From contig JAPLLA010000051.1 of assembly GCA_026387795.1 (NCBI GenBank), positions 15,194 to 60,461 on the forward strand: DNA of 45,268 nucleotides. The letters are read 5' to 3'. This DNA comes from Candidatus Saganbacteria bacterium (GTDB lineage Bacteria > Margulisbacteria > WOR-1 > JAPLLA01). A model generated the notes under the pieces. That model saw nothing but the letters and a program-made list of their open reading frames with translations. It had not been told where the DNA came from and did not search any database. This document shows, piece after piece, positions 9,742 to 19,974 of this stretch; the first letter of the stretch is position 1, and each line of letters starts with the position of its first letter. A program made the translations under genes and the position numbers.

Positions 9742-11089
9742 TGAAGATTTAACAGCTCAGTTTTTAAGGCAATTGTTTATCCGCCTTAATGACGCGAAGG
9801 TGGATTATTGTGTGCTTAGAAACTATGAGGATTTGCCGGAAAAGATTGGCAATGATATCGATTTATGGGTAAATAAAAACCAGCAAGACAGGTTTAAACA
9901 AGTTCTTGTAGATACGATGAATAATCTGGGGTGGGATTTGATCGCTTATTTTTTTAAGCTAAGAGCGATTGGTTCTGGTGATTACTTTATAAAAAAAGAA
10001 GATCCATCCTTGACGATATTGCATCTTGACCTTTGTTTTTATCATTGGAAGGGATTAGCGTTTTTTGATGAAAACGCTCCTCTAAATAAGACAGTAAAAA
10101 CAGAAAAAGGTTTTTATGTCCCATTGCCAGGGGTGGAGGCCAGTATTTTGCTCTTAAAAAGCCTAATTTATTCTGGTCATGTGCAGGAGAAATACAAAAA
10201 AAGGATAATCGATTTTTCAAATAAAGACCCAGACAGTTTTTTGTTGTCGATACAGAAACCTTTTGGTTGTCAAACAGCAAAGAGTATACTTGATTTGGCA
10301 AAAAGAGGGGATTGGCATAAGCTTGAAAAAAAAACAACGTTGTTGCGTTGGCAACTTATTGTTAGATCCCTTTGCAACGACAGCCTCGATCAAATAAAAA
10401 TATGGTGCATATACTTCTACGACCAGGTTAAAAAGTATTTTTTTCATAATCGAGGGATTTTTATAGTATTGTTGGGACCGGATGGGTCCGGCAAGTCTAC
10501 TATTTCCAGCGAACTAATAAAATCAGAGGTAAGAAGATTATTCCAAAATAAGTTGGCTTATCATGGTCATTTCCCTTTTTTACCAAGATTAAAGAAAATA
10601 ATGCCATTTATAAAGCATAAACACCACCAACAACAGCATCATGAGATTGGTTATTATGCATATCCTTTTCATCCACTACGGGCAATGGTTTATCCTCTTT
10701 ATTATGGGATCAATTACTTTATTGGCCATATTATGATTTGGCTGGAAAAGGCCAGGGGAGGTCTTGTGATATTTGATCGTTATTTTTACGATTATTATAT
10801 CCAAAGACAATATGACAAATGCCCAAGATGGTTTCTGGGAATCATCTCGAGACTTGTTCCCTTGCCCGATTTAATTATCTGTTTAGATAATGAGCCGGAA
10901 AAAATATTTGAGAGGAAACATGAGTTGTCAGTTGAAGAGATAGAAAGGCAGTTAAATGCATGTAGGGCCCTTACTAAAAACATGAAAAACACTATAATAG
11001 TCAACACAGCTGAAAGTTTGGAGCTGTCTGTCAATAAGATTCAGAAAAAAATATTGTCAATATTTATTATGCGACAAAAAAGAAGCTAA
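9725..11089 (+). CDS. Nucleotidyltransferase-like domain fused to a thymidylate-kinase-like P-loop domain
   Basis: N-terminal YCVLRNY..LP..IGNDIDL (DxD). C-terminal GPDGSGKST Walker A, IFDRYFYD and PDLII.L. ATG 9725 preferred over 9638. Confidence 0.7.
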   Translation: MQLVNNEDLTAQFLRQLFIRLNDAKVDYCVLRNYEDLPEKIGNDIDLWVNKNQQDRFKQVLVDTMNNLGWDLIAYFFKLRAIGSGDYFIKKEDPSLTILHLDLCFYHWKGLAFFDENAPLNKTVKTEKGFYVPLPGVEASILLLKSLIYSGHVQEKYKKRIIDFSNKDPDSFLLSIQKPFGCQTAKSILDLAKRGDWHKLEKKTTLLRWQLIVRSLCNDSLDQIKIWCIYFYDQVKKYFFHNRGIFIVLLGPDGSGKSTISSELIKSEVRRLFQNKLAYHGHFPFLPRLKKIMPFIKHKHHQQQHHEIGYYAYPFHPLRAMVYPLYYGINYFIGHIMIWLEKARGGLVIFDRYFYDYYIQRQYDKCPRWFLGIISRLVPLPDLIICLDNEPEKIFERKHELSVEEIERQLNACRALTKNMKNTIIVNTAESLELSVNKIQKKILSIFIMRQKRS

Positions 11090-11090
11090 A

Positions 11091-12287
11091 ATGAAAATTT
11101 TGTATGTTGTGCCTGCTTATGAGCCGGCTTGGGCTTTTGGTGGAGTAGTGACTGCATCTGTCGAGCTTTGCCGGGAAATTTCTAAACAAGGAGTTGACGT
11201 TACTGTCTATACCACAAATGCTGATGGTAAGGGCGGGAAACTTACTGTTCCTACTGGGAAAGAGAGTGTTTTAGGTGGAGTTAAAACGTATTATTTTCCA
11301 TACTATTCAGTTGGTGGAAATCCGTTTTATTCTCCTCAAATGGGTCAATATCTGATCGATAATCTTAATAAATATGATTTAATCCATGTTTCTGCAATAT
11401 GGCAACTAATTCAATTACAGGTATATAATGCTGCTATTAAAATGAATAAACCATATATTATTTCTCCTCACGGAAGTTTTTCCGTTTGGCCATGGCAACA
11501 AGGAAGATTAAAAAAAATGGTATATTGGCACCTCTTTTCTAAAAAGACAATAAGTGCTGCTAGTGCCATACACTTTACAGCTCAGGATGAAAGAACAGGG
11601 TCCTTTCTTTCGGTCCCATTATTAAAAAGTATCCCAAATATGATTGTTCCAAATGGTATTGAGATAAAAGCTCATGTAAAAGATCAAGATGTCAGGCAGA
11701 AACTTGGCATCTCTTCTGATAAATTGTTAATTCTATATGTGGGAAGACTCCATACCAAAAAAGGTCTGCATTTTATTGCGGAGGCAATCAATAAATTGGC
11801 GAACGACCGCATTGTGTTTTTGTTGGTTGGGCCAAAGGAAGACCAAAAATACTATGAATATTTGCTTCATTTAGCAGGTAAAGAAAAAGGACAAATAATT
11901 TGGCTAGATTCTGTTCCTCATGAAAAGGTCTGGAATTATTATTATGCAGCAGATCTTTTTGCCATGCCAAGTTATGATGAAAACTTTGGGTTGGTTGTGG
12001 TTGAGGCTATGTCTTGTGGTTTACCCGTCTTGATCAGTAAAAATGTAGCTATTTGGCAGGAAACATTATCTGGTGGAGGAGGATTCGTCGTAAATCAAAA
12101 TAGTGATGAAATTGCCCTGGTTTTAAAGCGTATCCTTGAAAATAGAGAGGTGCTAAAGAAAATGGCGGAAAAAGCAATATCAGTAGCACAAGATAATTTT
12201 AATATTCACCAAACGGTTTCTCTTATGATTAGAGCCTATGAGGATGTTTTAATGGGAAGAAGGAGTCGTGAATTGCAGTGGAAATAG
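11091..12287 (+). CDS. Glycosyltransferase family 4
   Basis: YEPAWAFGG, SPHG, YVGRLHTKKG, ENFGLVVVEAMSCGLPV. Confidence 0.9.
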   Translation: MKILYVVPAYEPAWAFGGVVTASVELCREISKQGVDVTVYTTNADGKGGKLTVPTGKESVLGGVKTYYFPYYSVGGNPFYSPQMGQYLIDNLNKYDLIHVSAIWQLIQLQVYNAAIKMNKPYIISPHGSFSVWPWQQGRLKKMVYWHLFSKKTISAASAIHFTAQDERTGSFLSVPLLKSIPNMIVPNGIEIKAHVKDQDVRQKLGISSDKLLILYVGRLHTKKGLHFIAEAINKLANDRIVFLLVGPKEDQKYYEYLLHLAGKEKGQIIWLDSVPHEKVWNYYYAADLFAMPSYDENFGLVVVEAMSCGLPVLISKNVAIWQETLSGGGGFVVNQNSDEIALVLKRILENREVLKKMAEKAISVAQDNFNIHQTVSLMIRAYEDVLMGRRSRELQWK

Positions 12288-12994
12288 CTCCCAAATCACC
12301 CTATTTGCCAAAAAGTAAATTAACAAATATGATTTCTGCGATTAAGAGAAGGCTTGCTTATCGTATATGGAAAAAGATACTCGGGAAATATGGGGGTTTT
12401 AACAAGCGCTCTAGTTTTAAATTGTTAGAGGTGGGATGTGGCCCTGGTTATTTTCTGTTGTGTATGGAAAAGTGGTTTCCAAAATGCGATTTAGCTGCAG
12501 TGGACATAGATGAAGGGCTTGTTCAGTTCTCATCTAAAAGCTGTAAAAGAGCAAAAATTATTATGCATGATGGTCAAAGCATTCCATTTATGGATAACAC
12601 CTTTGATGTTGTTTGTTCCTTGCAGGTTATTGAACATATAAAAGATCCAGAATTGTTTTTTAGGGAAGCAAAAAGGGTTTTAAGGAAAAATGGACTTTTG
12701 CTTATTGCTACGCCCAACCCCTCGGGTATTCCTGCAAAAATATTAGGGAAAAAATGGCAGGGGCATAGATATGATCATATCTCTCTGAAGACTCCCTCAG
12801 AATGGAGGGAGATTATTAAAGGGGAAGGATTTAAAATGTTAAAAGATGGTAGTACTGGGTTAACAGGCTTTAGGATATTACAAAAACTTCCTTTTGCTCT
12901 TTTTAACTGGATTCCAATGGTTATATGGGGATTCTTTCCTTGGGATAAAGGAGAAAGCTATATGGCAGTTGCCCGAAAGATAAGTGATGAATAA
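12278..12994 (+). CDS. Class I SAM-dependent methyltransferase
   Basis: LLEVGCGPG motif I, FDVVCSLQVIEHIKDP, LRKNGLLLIATPN. Confidence 0.9.
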   Translation: MEIAPKSPYLPKSKLTNMISAIKRRLAYRIWKKILGKYGGFNKRSSFKLLEVGCGPGYFLLCMEKWFPKCDLAAVDIDEGLVQFSSKSCKRAKIIMHDGQSIPFMDNTFDVVCSLQVIEHIKDPELFFREAKRVLRKNGLLLIATPNPSGIPAKILGKKWQGHRYDHISLKTPSEWREIIKGEGFKMLKDGSTGLTGFRILQKLPFALFNWIPMVIWGFFPWDKGESYMAVARKISDE

Positions 12995-14135
12995 ATCTCC
13001 AAAAAACATTGTTATTGTTTGTCTAAAATATGCGCCTGGACTTTTTAAGGAATTTTGTCTGATAGGAGACGAAGTTCAAAGAAAATCGGTGGTAGTCAAT
13101 TATATTATTTCAGAAAAATATAAGGATATTGCTGGCTCAATGGGAATCAAAGCCAATTATTTGACCAGTTCCAGTAATTTATTGGAAACGATGTTTGAGC
13201 TGTTCTTGTTTCCGCTAAGAAAAATGGGATTGATTGATAAGTTTTTTAGGGATAATTGTCCGCATGTTATGTATTTGTATAATGCGCACCCAGTTAATAT
13301 TTTATTCATTAAACAAGCTAAAAAAATCTGTCCGAAGATTAAAATTGTCTATCATTTACATGAGCCATATGCTCCAGATAAGTCATTTTTTCGATTTTGG
13401 CAAAAAATGGTAATTATATTCCAGGAGGCATTGCAAAAAAAGACCGTAGCAATGTCTGATCATGTGGTAGTCCCATCGCCCAATGCGCAAAAATTGTTTT
13501 GTGATCATTACCTTGATTTTATTGGTTCATTGCACTTAGCTCCTTTATTGATCCCCGATAAACAGGTTAGAACAAGATCTAGGGATTATTTCTTAATGCT
13601 TGGTCACTTGTATCCGGATGGTAGGCTTGATAGTTTTATCGAAATTGTCAATTATTTGGCAGCAAAACAAATAGATATTAAGGTTAAGTTTGTAACTTCT
13701 AGTAGGATAAGCAGGGATGCCTTTGGCAAATTAAATGATGATGCAAAAAGAGTCTTAGAAATTGTTCAAAAAGATAGCTTGAGCGATGAAGAAATCAGTG
13801 AGTATATGGCCAATGCTTTTGCCCTTATTTGTTTGCATACAAGGGGAGCTCAAAGTGGTACTACCCCAGTTGCCTTTATGAATGGTACGCCGATTATTGC
13901 TAGAGATATCCCTATGTTTAATCAATTTATAAAAGATAAAATTAACGGCAAATTAGTGATGCCCAATGCAAAACCGGAGGATTGGTGTGAAGCTATCAAT
14001 TATGCAAAAAACAATATTGCCACACTATCCAAAAATTCTCGACAGTCGTATTTAGAAATATTTCACGAGAGTAAGTTGGGTGAATACTATCAATGGCTGT
14101 TGAATATTCTTGAAAATGAAAGCAGAGAGGATTAA
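12984..14135 (+). CDS. Glycosyltransferase family 4-like
   Basis: YHLHEP, QSGTTPVAFMNGTPIIARD GT-B C-terminal pattern. Sits within the polysaccharide operon. Confidence 0.7.
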   Translation: MMNKSPKNIVIVCLKYAPGLFKEFCLIGDEVQRKSVVVNYIISEKYKDIAGSMGIKANYLTSSSNLLETMFELFLFPLRKMGLIDKFFRDNCPHVMYLYNAHPVNILFIKQAKKICPKIKIVYHLHEPYAPDKSFFRFWQKMVIIFQEALQKKTVAMSDHVVVPSPNAQKLFCDHYLDFIGSLHLAPLLIPDKQVRTRSRDYFLMLGHLYPDGRLDSFIEIVNYLAAKQIDIKVKFVTSSRISRDAFGKLNDDAKRVLEIVQKDSLSDEEISEYMANAFALICLHTRGAQSGTTPVAFMNGTPIIARDIPMFNQFIKDKINGKLVMPNAKPEDWCEAINYAKNNIATLSKNSRQSYLEIFHESKLGEYYQWLLNILENESRED

Positions 14136-14138
14136 AAG

Positions 14139-15110
14139 ATGCGAATTCTTATAACTGGCGGAAGTGGTTTTATTGGTACTAATCTGGTAGAGAAGTTGTT
14201 GGATAAAGGAGAAGAAGTTTTATCCATTGATGTAAAACCGCCGAAAATTGATCGTCATCGTCAAATATATAAAATGGTTGATATTTGTGATTTTACTGCT
14301 TTGGTTACGACAATTAAGAGTTTTAAGCCGGAATATATTGTTCATTTGGCAGCACGAACTGATCTGGATGAAAAACACAATATTAATGCTTATGCTGCGA
14401 ATATTGTTGGTGTCGAAAATATGATCAAAGCAATAAAACAATGTGCTACGGTTAAAAGATGTATTTATACTTCAACTCAACTTGTGTGTAAGGTGGGATA
14501 TTATCCTAAAAGTGATGATGATTATTTGCCTAATACTGTGTATGGCAAAAGCAAAGTAATGACAGAAAGAATCGTTAAATCTAATAATGGGGGAGGAGTT
14601 GAGTGGGTGATAATTCGTCCCACAACTATTTGGGGGCCATGGACTAGCGCCCATTATCAACGGTTTTATCGATTGATCAAAAAAGGGTATTATTTTCATC
14701 TTGGGTTTAAAGAAAGGTTTAAGTCCTACGGTTATGTCGGGAATACTTGTTGCCAGATATTGAAAATATTAGAGTTGCCTGCTAACAAAGTTAATGGACA
14801 AACTTTTTATGTGGCTGATTACAAGCCAACATCTTTAAATCGATGGGATGAAGAAATTAGAAGACAATTTCATGCGTCAAAAATAAGGGCCATTCCCATT
14901 ATCTTGGCCTGGTTATTAGCGAAGATTGGGGATCTTATCTGCTTAATTGGTTTTCGGGAATTCCCATTTACCTCCTTTAGAATGAACAATATCATGACAG
15001 AATATGTTTTTGATCTGTCTAAGACAAAAAGCATTGTGCCGGAGCTGCCATATACGATGGAAGAAGGGGTTTGTGAAACAATTAAGTGGTTGGAGGGGTG
15101 TAATAGCTAA
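14139..15110 (+). CDS. NAD-dependent epimerase/dehydratase
   Basis: ITGGSGFIG, VHLAA, YGKSK, IIRPTTIWGP. Confidence 0.9.
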   Translation: MRILITGGSGFIGTNLVEKLLDKGEEVLSIDVKPPKIDRHRQIYKMVDICDFTALVTTIKSFKPEYIVHLAARTDLDEKHNINAYAANIVGVENMIKAIKQCATVKRCIYTSTQLVCKVGYYPKSDDDYLPNTVYGKSKVMTERIVKSNNGGGVEWVIIRPTTIWGPWTSAHYQRFYRLIKKGYYFHLGFKERFKSYGYVGNTCCQILKILELPANKVNGQTFYVADYKPTSLNRWDEEIRRQFHASKIRAIPIILAWLLAKIGDLICLIGFREFPFTSFRMNNIMTEYVFDLSKTKSIVPELPYTMEEGVCETIKWLEGCNS

Positions 15111-15517
15111 TGGGCTTAAAGATGAATCAATTTAAACTTTTATTCTATCGAACCTTATTGGTTTTATGGGTCTTGGGCATATTTTATGTTTCATTCTCTT
15201 CTAACCCCACAAGGGATTTTCCTGCTTATAAAACGGTAGGGGCAGAGGTTCTCCATTTTACTGCGTTTTTTGTTTTGGTTTTTTTGTTTTATTTTTCCTT
15301 TCCTTTAAAAAGGGTGAAAGGGCTGGTAATGAGCTTTATTTTTTCTTTTACTGTTTCCGCATTAAAGGAATTCGGTCAATTATTTATTCCCAATAGAACT
15401 GCGGGATTAGAAGATTTAATGGTTGATATGGTAAGTATTCTTTTCGGAGTTTTGGTAATAGATTTAATAAATAAGGTTAAAATCGGATACTCCAATTTAA
15501 GAAAAGCATGGAATTAA
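15110..15517 (+). CDS. VanZ family membrane protein
   Basis: LHFTAFFVL and KEFGQLFIPNRTAGLEDLMVD match the VanZ pattern H..AF / E..Q.F.P.R....D...D. Confidence 0.8.
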   Translation: MGLKMNQFKLLFYRTLLVLWVLGIFYVSFSSNPTRDFPAYKTVGAEVLHFTAFFVLVFLFYFSFPLKRVKGLVMSFIFSFTVSALKEFGQLFIPNRTAGLEDLMVDMVSILFGVLVIDLINKVKIGYSNLRKAWN

Positions 15518-15533
15518 GGGATAGGAGCTTGTT

Positions 15534-16814
15534 TTGGATAGAGCCAAAGATGTCAAGACAAAACTTTTAGAAAAAAGCAGGAAAATGAAACTTCTTATCC
15601 TTTCTCAGATTTTTTATCCCGAAATGATTTCTACTGGTCAAAATCTTACTGAGCTTGCAGAAGAACTAGTGAAGATGGGGGTGGATGTCAAAGCTTTATG
15701 TGGGCCGGTTACAATTATAAAGGAAACAGTCAAAATTCCCTCCAGAATTGAGTATAAGGGAATTAAGATTAGGAGGGTTTGGGGAACCCGTTTTCCTAAA
15801 TTGCATATTCTTGGCCGTATTCTTAATCAACTTACGTTTGCATTGTCGGTGTTTGTTACACTCTTATTGGACCGGTCGAAACGCCCAATCTTGGTGGTAA
15901 CCAACCCTCCTTTTTTGCCTTATTTTTGTGCGTTGCTTAGAAGCTTTAGGATTGGGAATGCGTATCTGTTTTTAGTGCATGATGTTTATCCGGAAACAGC
16001 GATTGGTCTTGGGCTGATGAAACAAAACAGCCTATTAGTTAGACTTTGGAACTATATGAATGCGCAGGTTTTAAAGTATGCGTCTATGATTGTTGTTATT
16101 GGGCGATGCATGCAGAATATTATAGAGGGGAAAGCGCAGAAAGCTGAAGTGGCAATCAAAGGCAAGGTAAAACTGATCCCGATCTGGAGTGATGACCGGA
16201 TCATTAAGCCTTTGCCTAAAGAAGGAAACATTTTTATTGAGAAATGGGGGCTTAAAGGCAAATTTATTGTTTTATATTCGGGGAATATGGGATGGTTTCA
16301 CGATATGGAAACAATTATGGAAGCAGCAAGTGTTTTAAAGGATAGGAGAGAAATTGCTTTTGTGTTTGTAGGTGAAGGAAAAAAGAAAAAATGGATGCAG
16401 CAATTTGTTGCAGAAAAGAAACTATCTAACTGTCAATTTTATGGGTATGTGGATAAGAAGGATTTACCGATACTTTTAACTGCTGCGGATGTGGGATTGG
16501 CCTCTTTGCTGGAGGGGCAGGAAGGATTATCTGTTCCTTCAAAAACACTAGGATTAATGGCTGCCGGGGTACCGGTTATTGCGATTGTCCCTAAAACCTC
16601 TGAAATTGCACAAATTGTTTCTGAAGAAGGATGTGGCAAAACTGTTTTTCCCGGAGATATTGATGGGTTGGTCCAAACAATTGAATGGGGCTATGAAAAT
16701 AAACTGGCTTTGGCCTTAATGGGAGAAAAAGGCAGAAAAGCTGTTGATAATAAGTATAATCTGCAAACTGCGGCGAAGGCATTTTATAATCTGATTGTTC
16801 ATCTCTCTGACTGA
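15534..16814 (+). CDS. Glycosyltransferase family 4 (WbuB/WcaI-like)
   Basis: SQIFYPE, TNPP, VHDVYPE, YSGNMG, SVPSK..GLMAAGVPV. Alternative start ATG 15585. Confidence 0.88.
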   Translation: MDRAKDVKTKLLEKSRKMKLLILSQIFYPEMISTGQNLTELAEELVKMGVDVKALCGPVTIIKETVKIPSRIEYKGIKIRRVWGTRFPKLHILGRILNQLTFALSVFVTLLLDRSKRPILVVTNPPFLPYFCALLRSFRIGNAYLFLVHDVYPETAIGLGLMKQNSLLVRLWNYMNAQVLKYASMIVVIGRCMQNIIEGKAQKAEVAIKGKVKLIPIWSDDRIIKPLPKEGNIFIEKWGLKGKFIVLYSGNMGWFHDMETIMEAASVLKDRREIAFVFVGEGKKKKWMQQFVAEKKLSNCQFYGYVDKKDLPILLTAADVGLASLLEGQEGLSVPSKTLGLMAAGVPVIAIVPKTSEIAQIVSEEGCGKTVFPGDIDGLVQTIEWGYENKLALALMGEKGRKAVDNKYNLQTAAKAFYNLIVHLSD

Positions 16815-16851
16815 GCAATAAACACGCTTGTTCGTATTGATTTGTCAAATA

Positions 16852-16860
16852 TGTTATAAT
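16852..16860 (+). promoter_or_regulatory. Extended -10 promoter (TGtTATAAT) for the wcaJ-like operon
   Basis: Perfect TGnTATAAT ending 14 nt before ATG 16875. No SD in between. Confidence 0.6.
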
Positions 16861-16874
16861 TTCGCACAAGTATT

Positions 16875-18233
16875 ATGTCTGTAATTTTTGTCTTTATAAG
16901 AGTATTTTTTGATGTGATTGCAATTGGGGGCTCTTTTATCCTTGTCCAGATGGTAAAGGGGACACAGGATCCCTTTTCAATGCTGATTGCTAACAACTGG
17001 GATTGGCTAATATTTGTTATTTTTCTTTATCCGTTTATTTTTTACCTCTTTGGCCTTTACCGATCACGGAAGGGCTTCTTGATTGAGGTAGATGAACTGG
17101 TAGAAGTGTTTCTGGCTGTTATTGTGGCGTGGGCTGTTTCTGTTGTGGGTACGTTTCTTCTTGGCCAATACACTGAATATCGTGGGAGCATGCTTTTAGC
17201 TTTACCCATCCGCTTTATAATGATTATTTTTTGCCGTGAAGTTATCCTTACAGTGGAACTTTGGCTTAGAAAAAAAGGATTTGGAGCAGAAAGAGCGGTG
17301 ATTATTGGAACCGGAGATTTAGCTCAATCTTTTGGAAAAAAAATTAGCAATAATCCCGCTTATGGCATAAAATTATTGGGGTTTATTTCTAACGTGGATT
17401 CTGATGGAGCAGTTTTAGGAAAAGTGTCCGATTTGGATAGACTTATAGCTCAATACCAGGTCCAATCAGTGTATGTTACAGGTGAAACTTTAAGCAGGGA
17501 AGATTTAGCTGGATTAGCCTCTGTTTGTGATACAAAGAATGTGGAACTTAAGATGCACCCCGATGTTTTTGCAATTCTAACTACAGTTCCGCTTTTAGGT
17601 AATATAGATGGTCAACCCATGGTTAGCTTAAAACAATCGCCGCTTAATCGGGGAAGTAGGATCTTAAAAAGGACCTTTGATATTTGTTTATCTGTTTTTG
17701 GAATTATTGTTTTTTCTATCCCGATGGTCTTAATTGCATGCTTGATCCGAATGACTTCCCCTGGAGGGGCTGCAATCTATAAACAGGAAAGAGTGGGGCG
17801 GAAGGGAATAGTTTTTGACCTTTATAAATTTAGGACAATGATACCGGATGCAGAAAAGGCGACTGGTCCAGTCTTAGCGACTGCAGATGATCCAAGAAAA
17901 ACACTTTTGGGTAAGGTGCTTAGAAAAACAAACTTGGACGAATTGCCCCAGCTTTTTAATATTCTAAAAGGGGACATGAGTTTTGTTGGACCGAGACCCG
18001 AAAGGCCCGTATTTGTGGAAGAATTTAAACAAGTAATTCCGCAATATATGGAGAGGCATAAAATTCGCTCTGGGCTTGCAGGATGGGCGCAGCTTCATGG
18101 GGGATACAATCTTCCGGCAGAAGATAAAATTAAATATGATCTTTACTATATTGAGAACTGGTCTTTCTTGCTGGATATTAAGATTATTCTCAAATACATT
18201 CAGATTGCTTTTACCGGGCAAAGGGAAAATTAA
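16875..18233 (+). CDS. wcaJ: Undecaprenyl-phosphate sugar-1-phosphate transferase (WcaJ/WbaP family)
   Basis: Four N-terminal TM helices, CoA-binding-like domain, KRTFD, YKFRTM, LDELPQLFNILKGDMSFVGPRPERP, GLAGWAQ, DLYYIENWS. Sugar specificity not determined. Confidence 0.88.
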   Translation: MSVIFVFIRVFFDVIAIGGSFILVQMVKGTQDPFSMLIANNWDWLIFVIFLYPFIFYLFGLYRSRKGFLIEVDELVEVFLAVIVAWAVSVVGTFLLGQYTEYRGSMLLALPIRFIMIIFCREVILTVELWLRKKGFGAERAVIIGTGDLAQSFGKKISNNPAYGIKLLGFISNVDSDGAVLGKVSDLDRLIAQYQVQSVYVTGETLSREDLAGLASVCDTKNVELKMHPDVFAILTTVPLLGNIDGQPMVSLKQSPLNRGSRILKRTFDICLSVFGIIVFSIPMVLIACLIRMTSPGGAAIYKQERVGRKGIVFDLYKFRTMIPDAEKATGPVLATADDPRKTLLGKVLRKTNLDELPQLFNILKGDMSFVGPRPERPVFVEEFKQVIPQYMERHKIRSGLAGWAQLHGGYNLPAEDKIKYDLYYIENWSFLLDIKIILKYIQIAFTGQREN

Positions 18234-18238
18234 TTTTC

Positions 18239-18847
18239 ATGCGGCGTTTTTTGCTGATTTTACTACTGATAATTATACTCATGGTTGGTTCCATGTTTTT
18301 CTTTTCTTCTTTTTACCTTTCAAAAATGGCAGATTTTCTTGAGGTTTCAGACCCACTGCAAAAAGCGGATGCGATTGTGGTTTTAAGCGGCGGTGAAGAT
18401 GAACGGGTATTTGAAGCTGCTAGATTGTATAAAGAGGGCTGGGCTCCTTGGGTGGTAATGTGCGGGACCCCTTTGCTTTGGAAATATAATGAAGCTGATA
18501 TCATGAAGGAAGAAGCGGTCTATTTTGGGGTTCCGGAGCGAGTAATTTTGTTGGAAAGAAAAGCTCGCTCCACTTATGATAATGCTGAATTTGTTTTGCC
18601 ATTGCTTAAAAAATGGGGGTTTAAGAAAATCATATTGGTAACCTCTCCTTGTCACAGCCGCAGGGCAGGTTTGGTCTTTAAAAAAGTATGTTCGAAAGAT
18701 AAAATTAAGGTTATTGTTCATGCCGTGGTTCCTAATCAATTTACTTTATATAAGAAAGATAAGTGGTGGACTGATCATGAGTCAACCCAGAGGGTAGTTG
18801 GTGAATATATGAGCCTTTTATTCTATTGGTGGAAAGGAGACCTTTAA
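18239..18847 (+). CDS. DUF218 / YdcF (ElyC/SanA-like) protein
   Basis: DAIVVLSGG, EADIMK, E..ARSTYDNA, ILVTSPCHSRRA, C-terminal EY. Confidence 0.88.
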   Translation: MRRFLLILLLIIILMVGSMFFFSSFYLSKMADFLEVSDPLQKADAIVVLSGGEDERVFEAARLYKEGWAPWVVMCGTPLLWKYNEADIMKEEAVYFGVPERVILLERKARSTYDNAEFVLPLLKKWGFKKIILVTSPCHSRRAGLVFKKVCSKDKIKVIVHAVVPNQFTLYKKDKWWTDHESTQRVVGEYMSLLFYWWKGDL

Positions 18848-19908
18848 TGTCAAAGCGAGAAGATCAGATATTGCTTTTATGTGGAAGGGTTGTTTTGGGA
18901 GAAGCAGAAAAGAAATCTTTAAAAAACCTCCTGGAAAATAAAGTTAATTTTGACCTTCTTATTAGCAAAGCTTCTTGTAATCAAATCCCTTATTTGCTTT
19001 ATCGTCACCTTAAGGATTTTCGGAATCAAGTTCCAGTTGATGTTTTTGAGAGGCTGAAAAGTGGTTATGTGAATAATCTAGTTCGCAGCTTAATGATTTT
19101 CGAGGAGCATAAAAAAATCCAGACATTATTTGAATTAGAGGAGATACCTGTACTTCCTTTAAAAGGTCCGGTTTTTGCGGAGCTGGTTTATGGTGATATG
19201 GGGCTCCGTCCCACTTCAGATATCGATGTTTTAGTTAAGGATAAAGATGTGGAAAAGGCAAGACAAATTCTAATAAAAAATGGATATACAGATCAGGGAG
19301 GAATCCCAGAATACAATTTGGAATATGCCAGAAAATATCGTATCCATATGCTCTTTAATGGCAAATTTTTGGTGGAATTACACTGGCATGTGTGTCCTGA
19401 GCATAAATATAAGCTCAAAGAAGAGTCGCTTTGGAAAAACACTCGGGAATACTCTATACAGGGAGAAAAAATTACGGCACTTTCTCCAGAAGGAATGCTT
19501 ATTCATTTCTTCTACCATGGTTTAGGCAGTTCGTTTTTTAAGAGTTTAGTGGATATTTCGGAAGTGTTGAAGCGGTTTGGGCCAGAGATCGATTGGGCAA
19601 GCTTGGATGCAGATGTGTCTTCCGGAAACCTGAAGAATGCCGCATTTTATTTTTTGTCTGCAGCGCATAAACTCCTTGGTGCTCCTTTTTATGATGATCG
19701 TTTGAAGAAAAGAAGGTTTGGCATTCGCAACTTTTTTGTGCGCAAGATGGTCCCTCCGGAATTAATGATCAGCAAGAACTCTAATTTTTTGCGTCAGTTA
19801 TTAATTCTTTGCCTAGTGGATACTCTTGGGGATGCTTTTTATATTATGAAGTATGAACTTTTCCCTCCGACTGAAATTAAAAAACTAGAAAAAAAACATG
19901 GTCGTTAG
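18847..19908 (+). CDS. Nucleotidyltransferase family protein (NTP_transf_5)
   Basis: LPLKG..FA..VYGD.GLRPTSDIDVLV, VELHW, LVDI. ATG overlaps the upstream TAA, with SD AAGGAG. Confidence 0.85.
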   Translation: MSKREDQILLLCGRVVLGEAEKKSLKNLLENKVNFDLLISKASCNQIPYLLYRHLKDFRNQVPVDVFERLKSGYVNNLVRSLMIFEEHKKIQTLFELEEIPVLPLKGPVFAELVYGDMGLRPTSDIDVLVKDKDVEKARQILIKNGYTDQGGIPEYNLEYARKYRIHMLFNGKFLVELHWHVCPEHKYKLKEESLWKNTREYSIQGEKITALSPEGMLIHFFYHGLGSSFFKSLVDISEVLKRFGPEIDWASLDADVSSGNLKNAAFYFLSAAHKLLGAPFYDDRLKKRRFGIRNFFVRKMVPPELMISKNSNFLRQLLILCLVDTLGDAFYIMKYELFPPTEIKKLEKKHGR

Positions 19909-19924
19909 CCGCTGCAATTTTCGC

Positions 19925-19974
19925 TTGACCAGACGTTTCCATAAGTATACTATAAGTGTATATTATGAGAAACG
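19925..19974 (+). promoter_or_regulatory. AbiE operon promoter (TTGACC-N17-TACTAT) with overlapping inverted-repeat operator
   Basis: -35 at 19925-19930 and -10 at 19948-19953. Imperfect inverted repeat CGTTTCCATAAGTATAC (19934-19950) / GTATATTATGAGAAACG (19958-19974). Confidence 0.6.

Noticed and set aside
18847-19908. NTP_transf_5 gene as part of a lasso-peptide/RiPP cluster
   Set aside because: No precursor, PqqD/RRE, B2 protease or asparagine-synthetase-like cyclase nearby.
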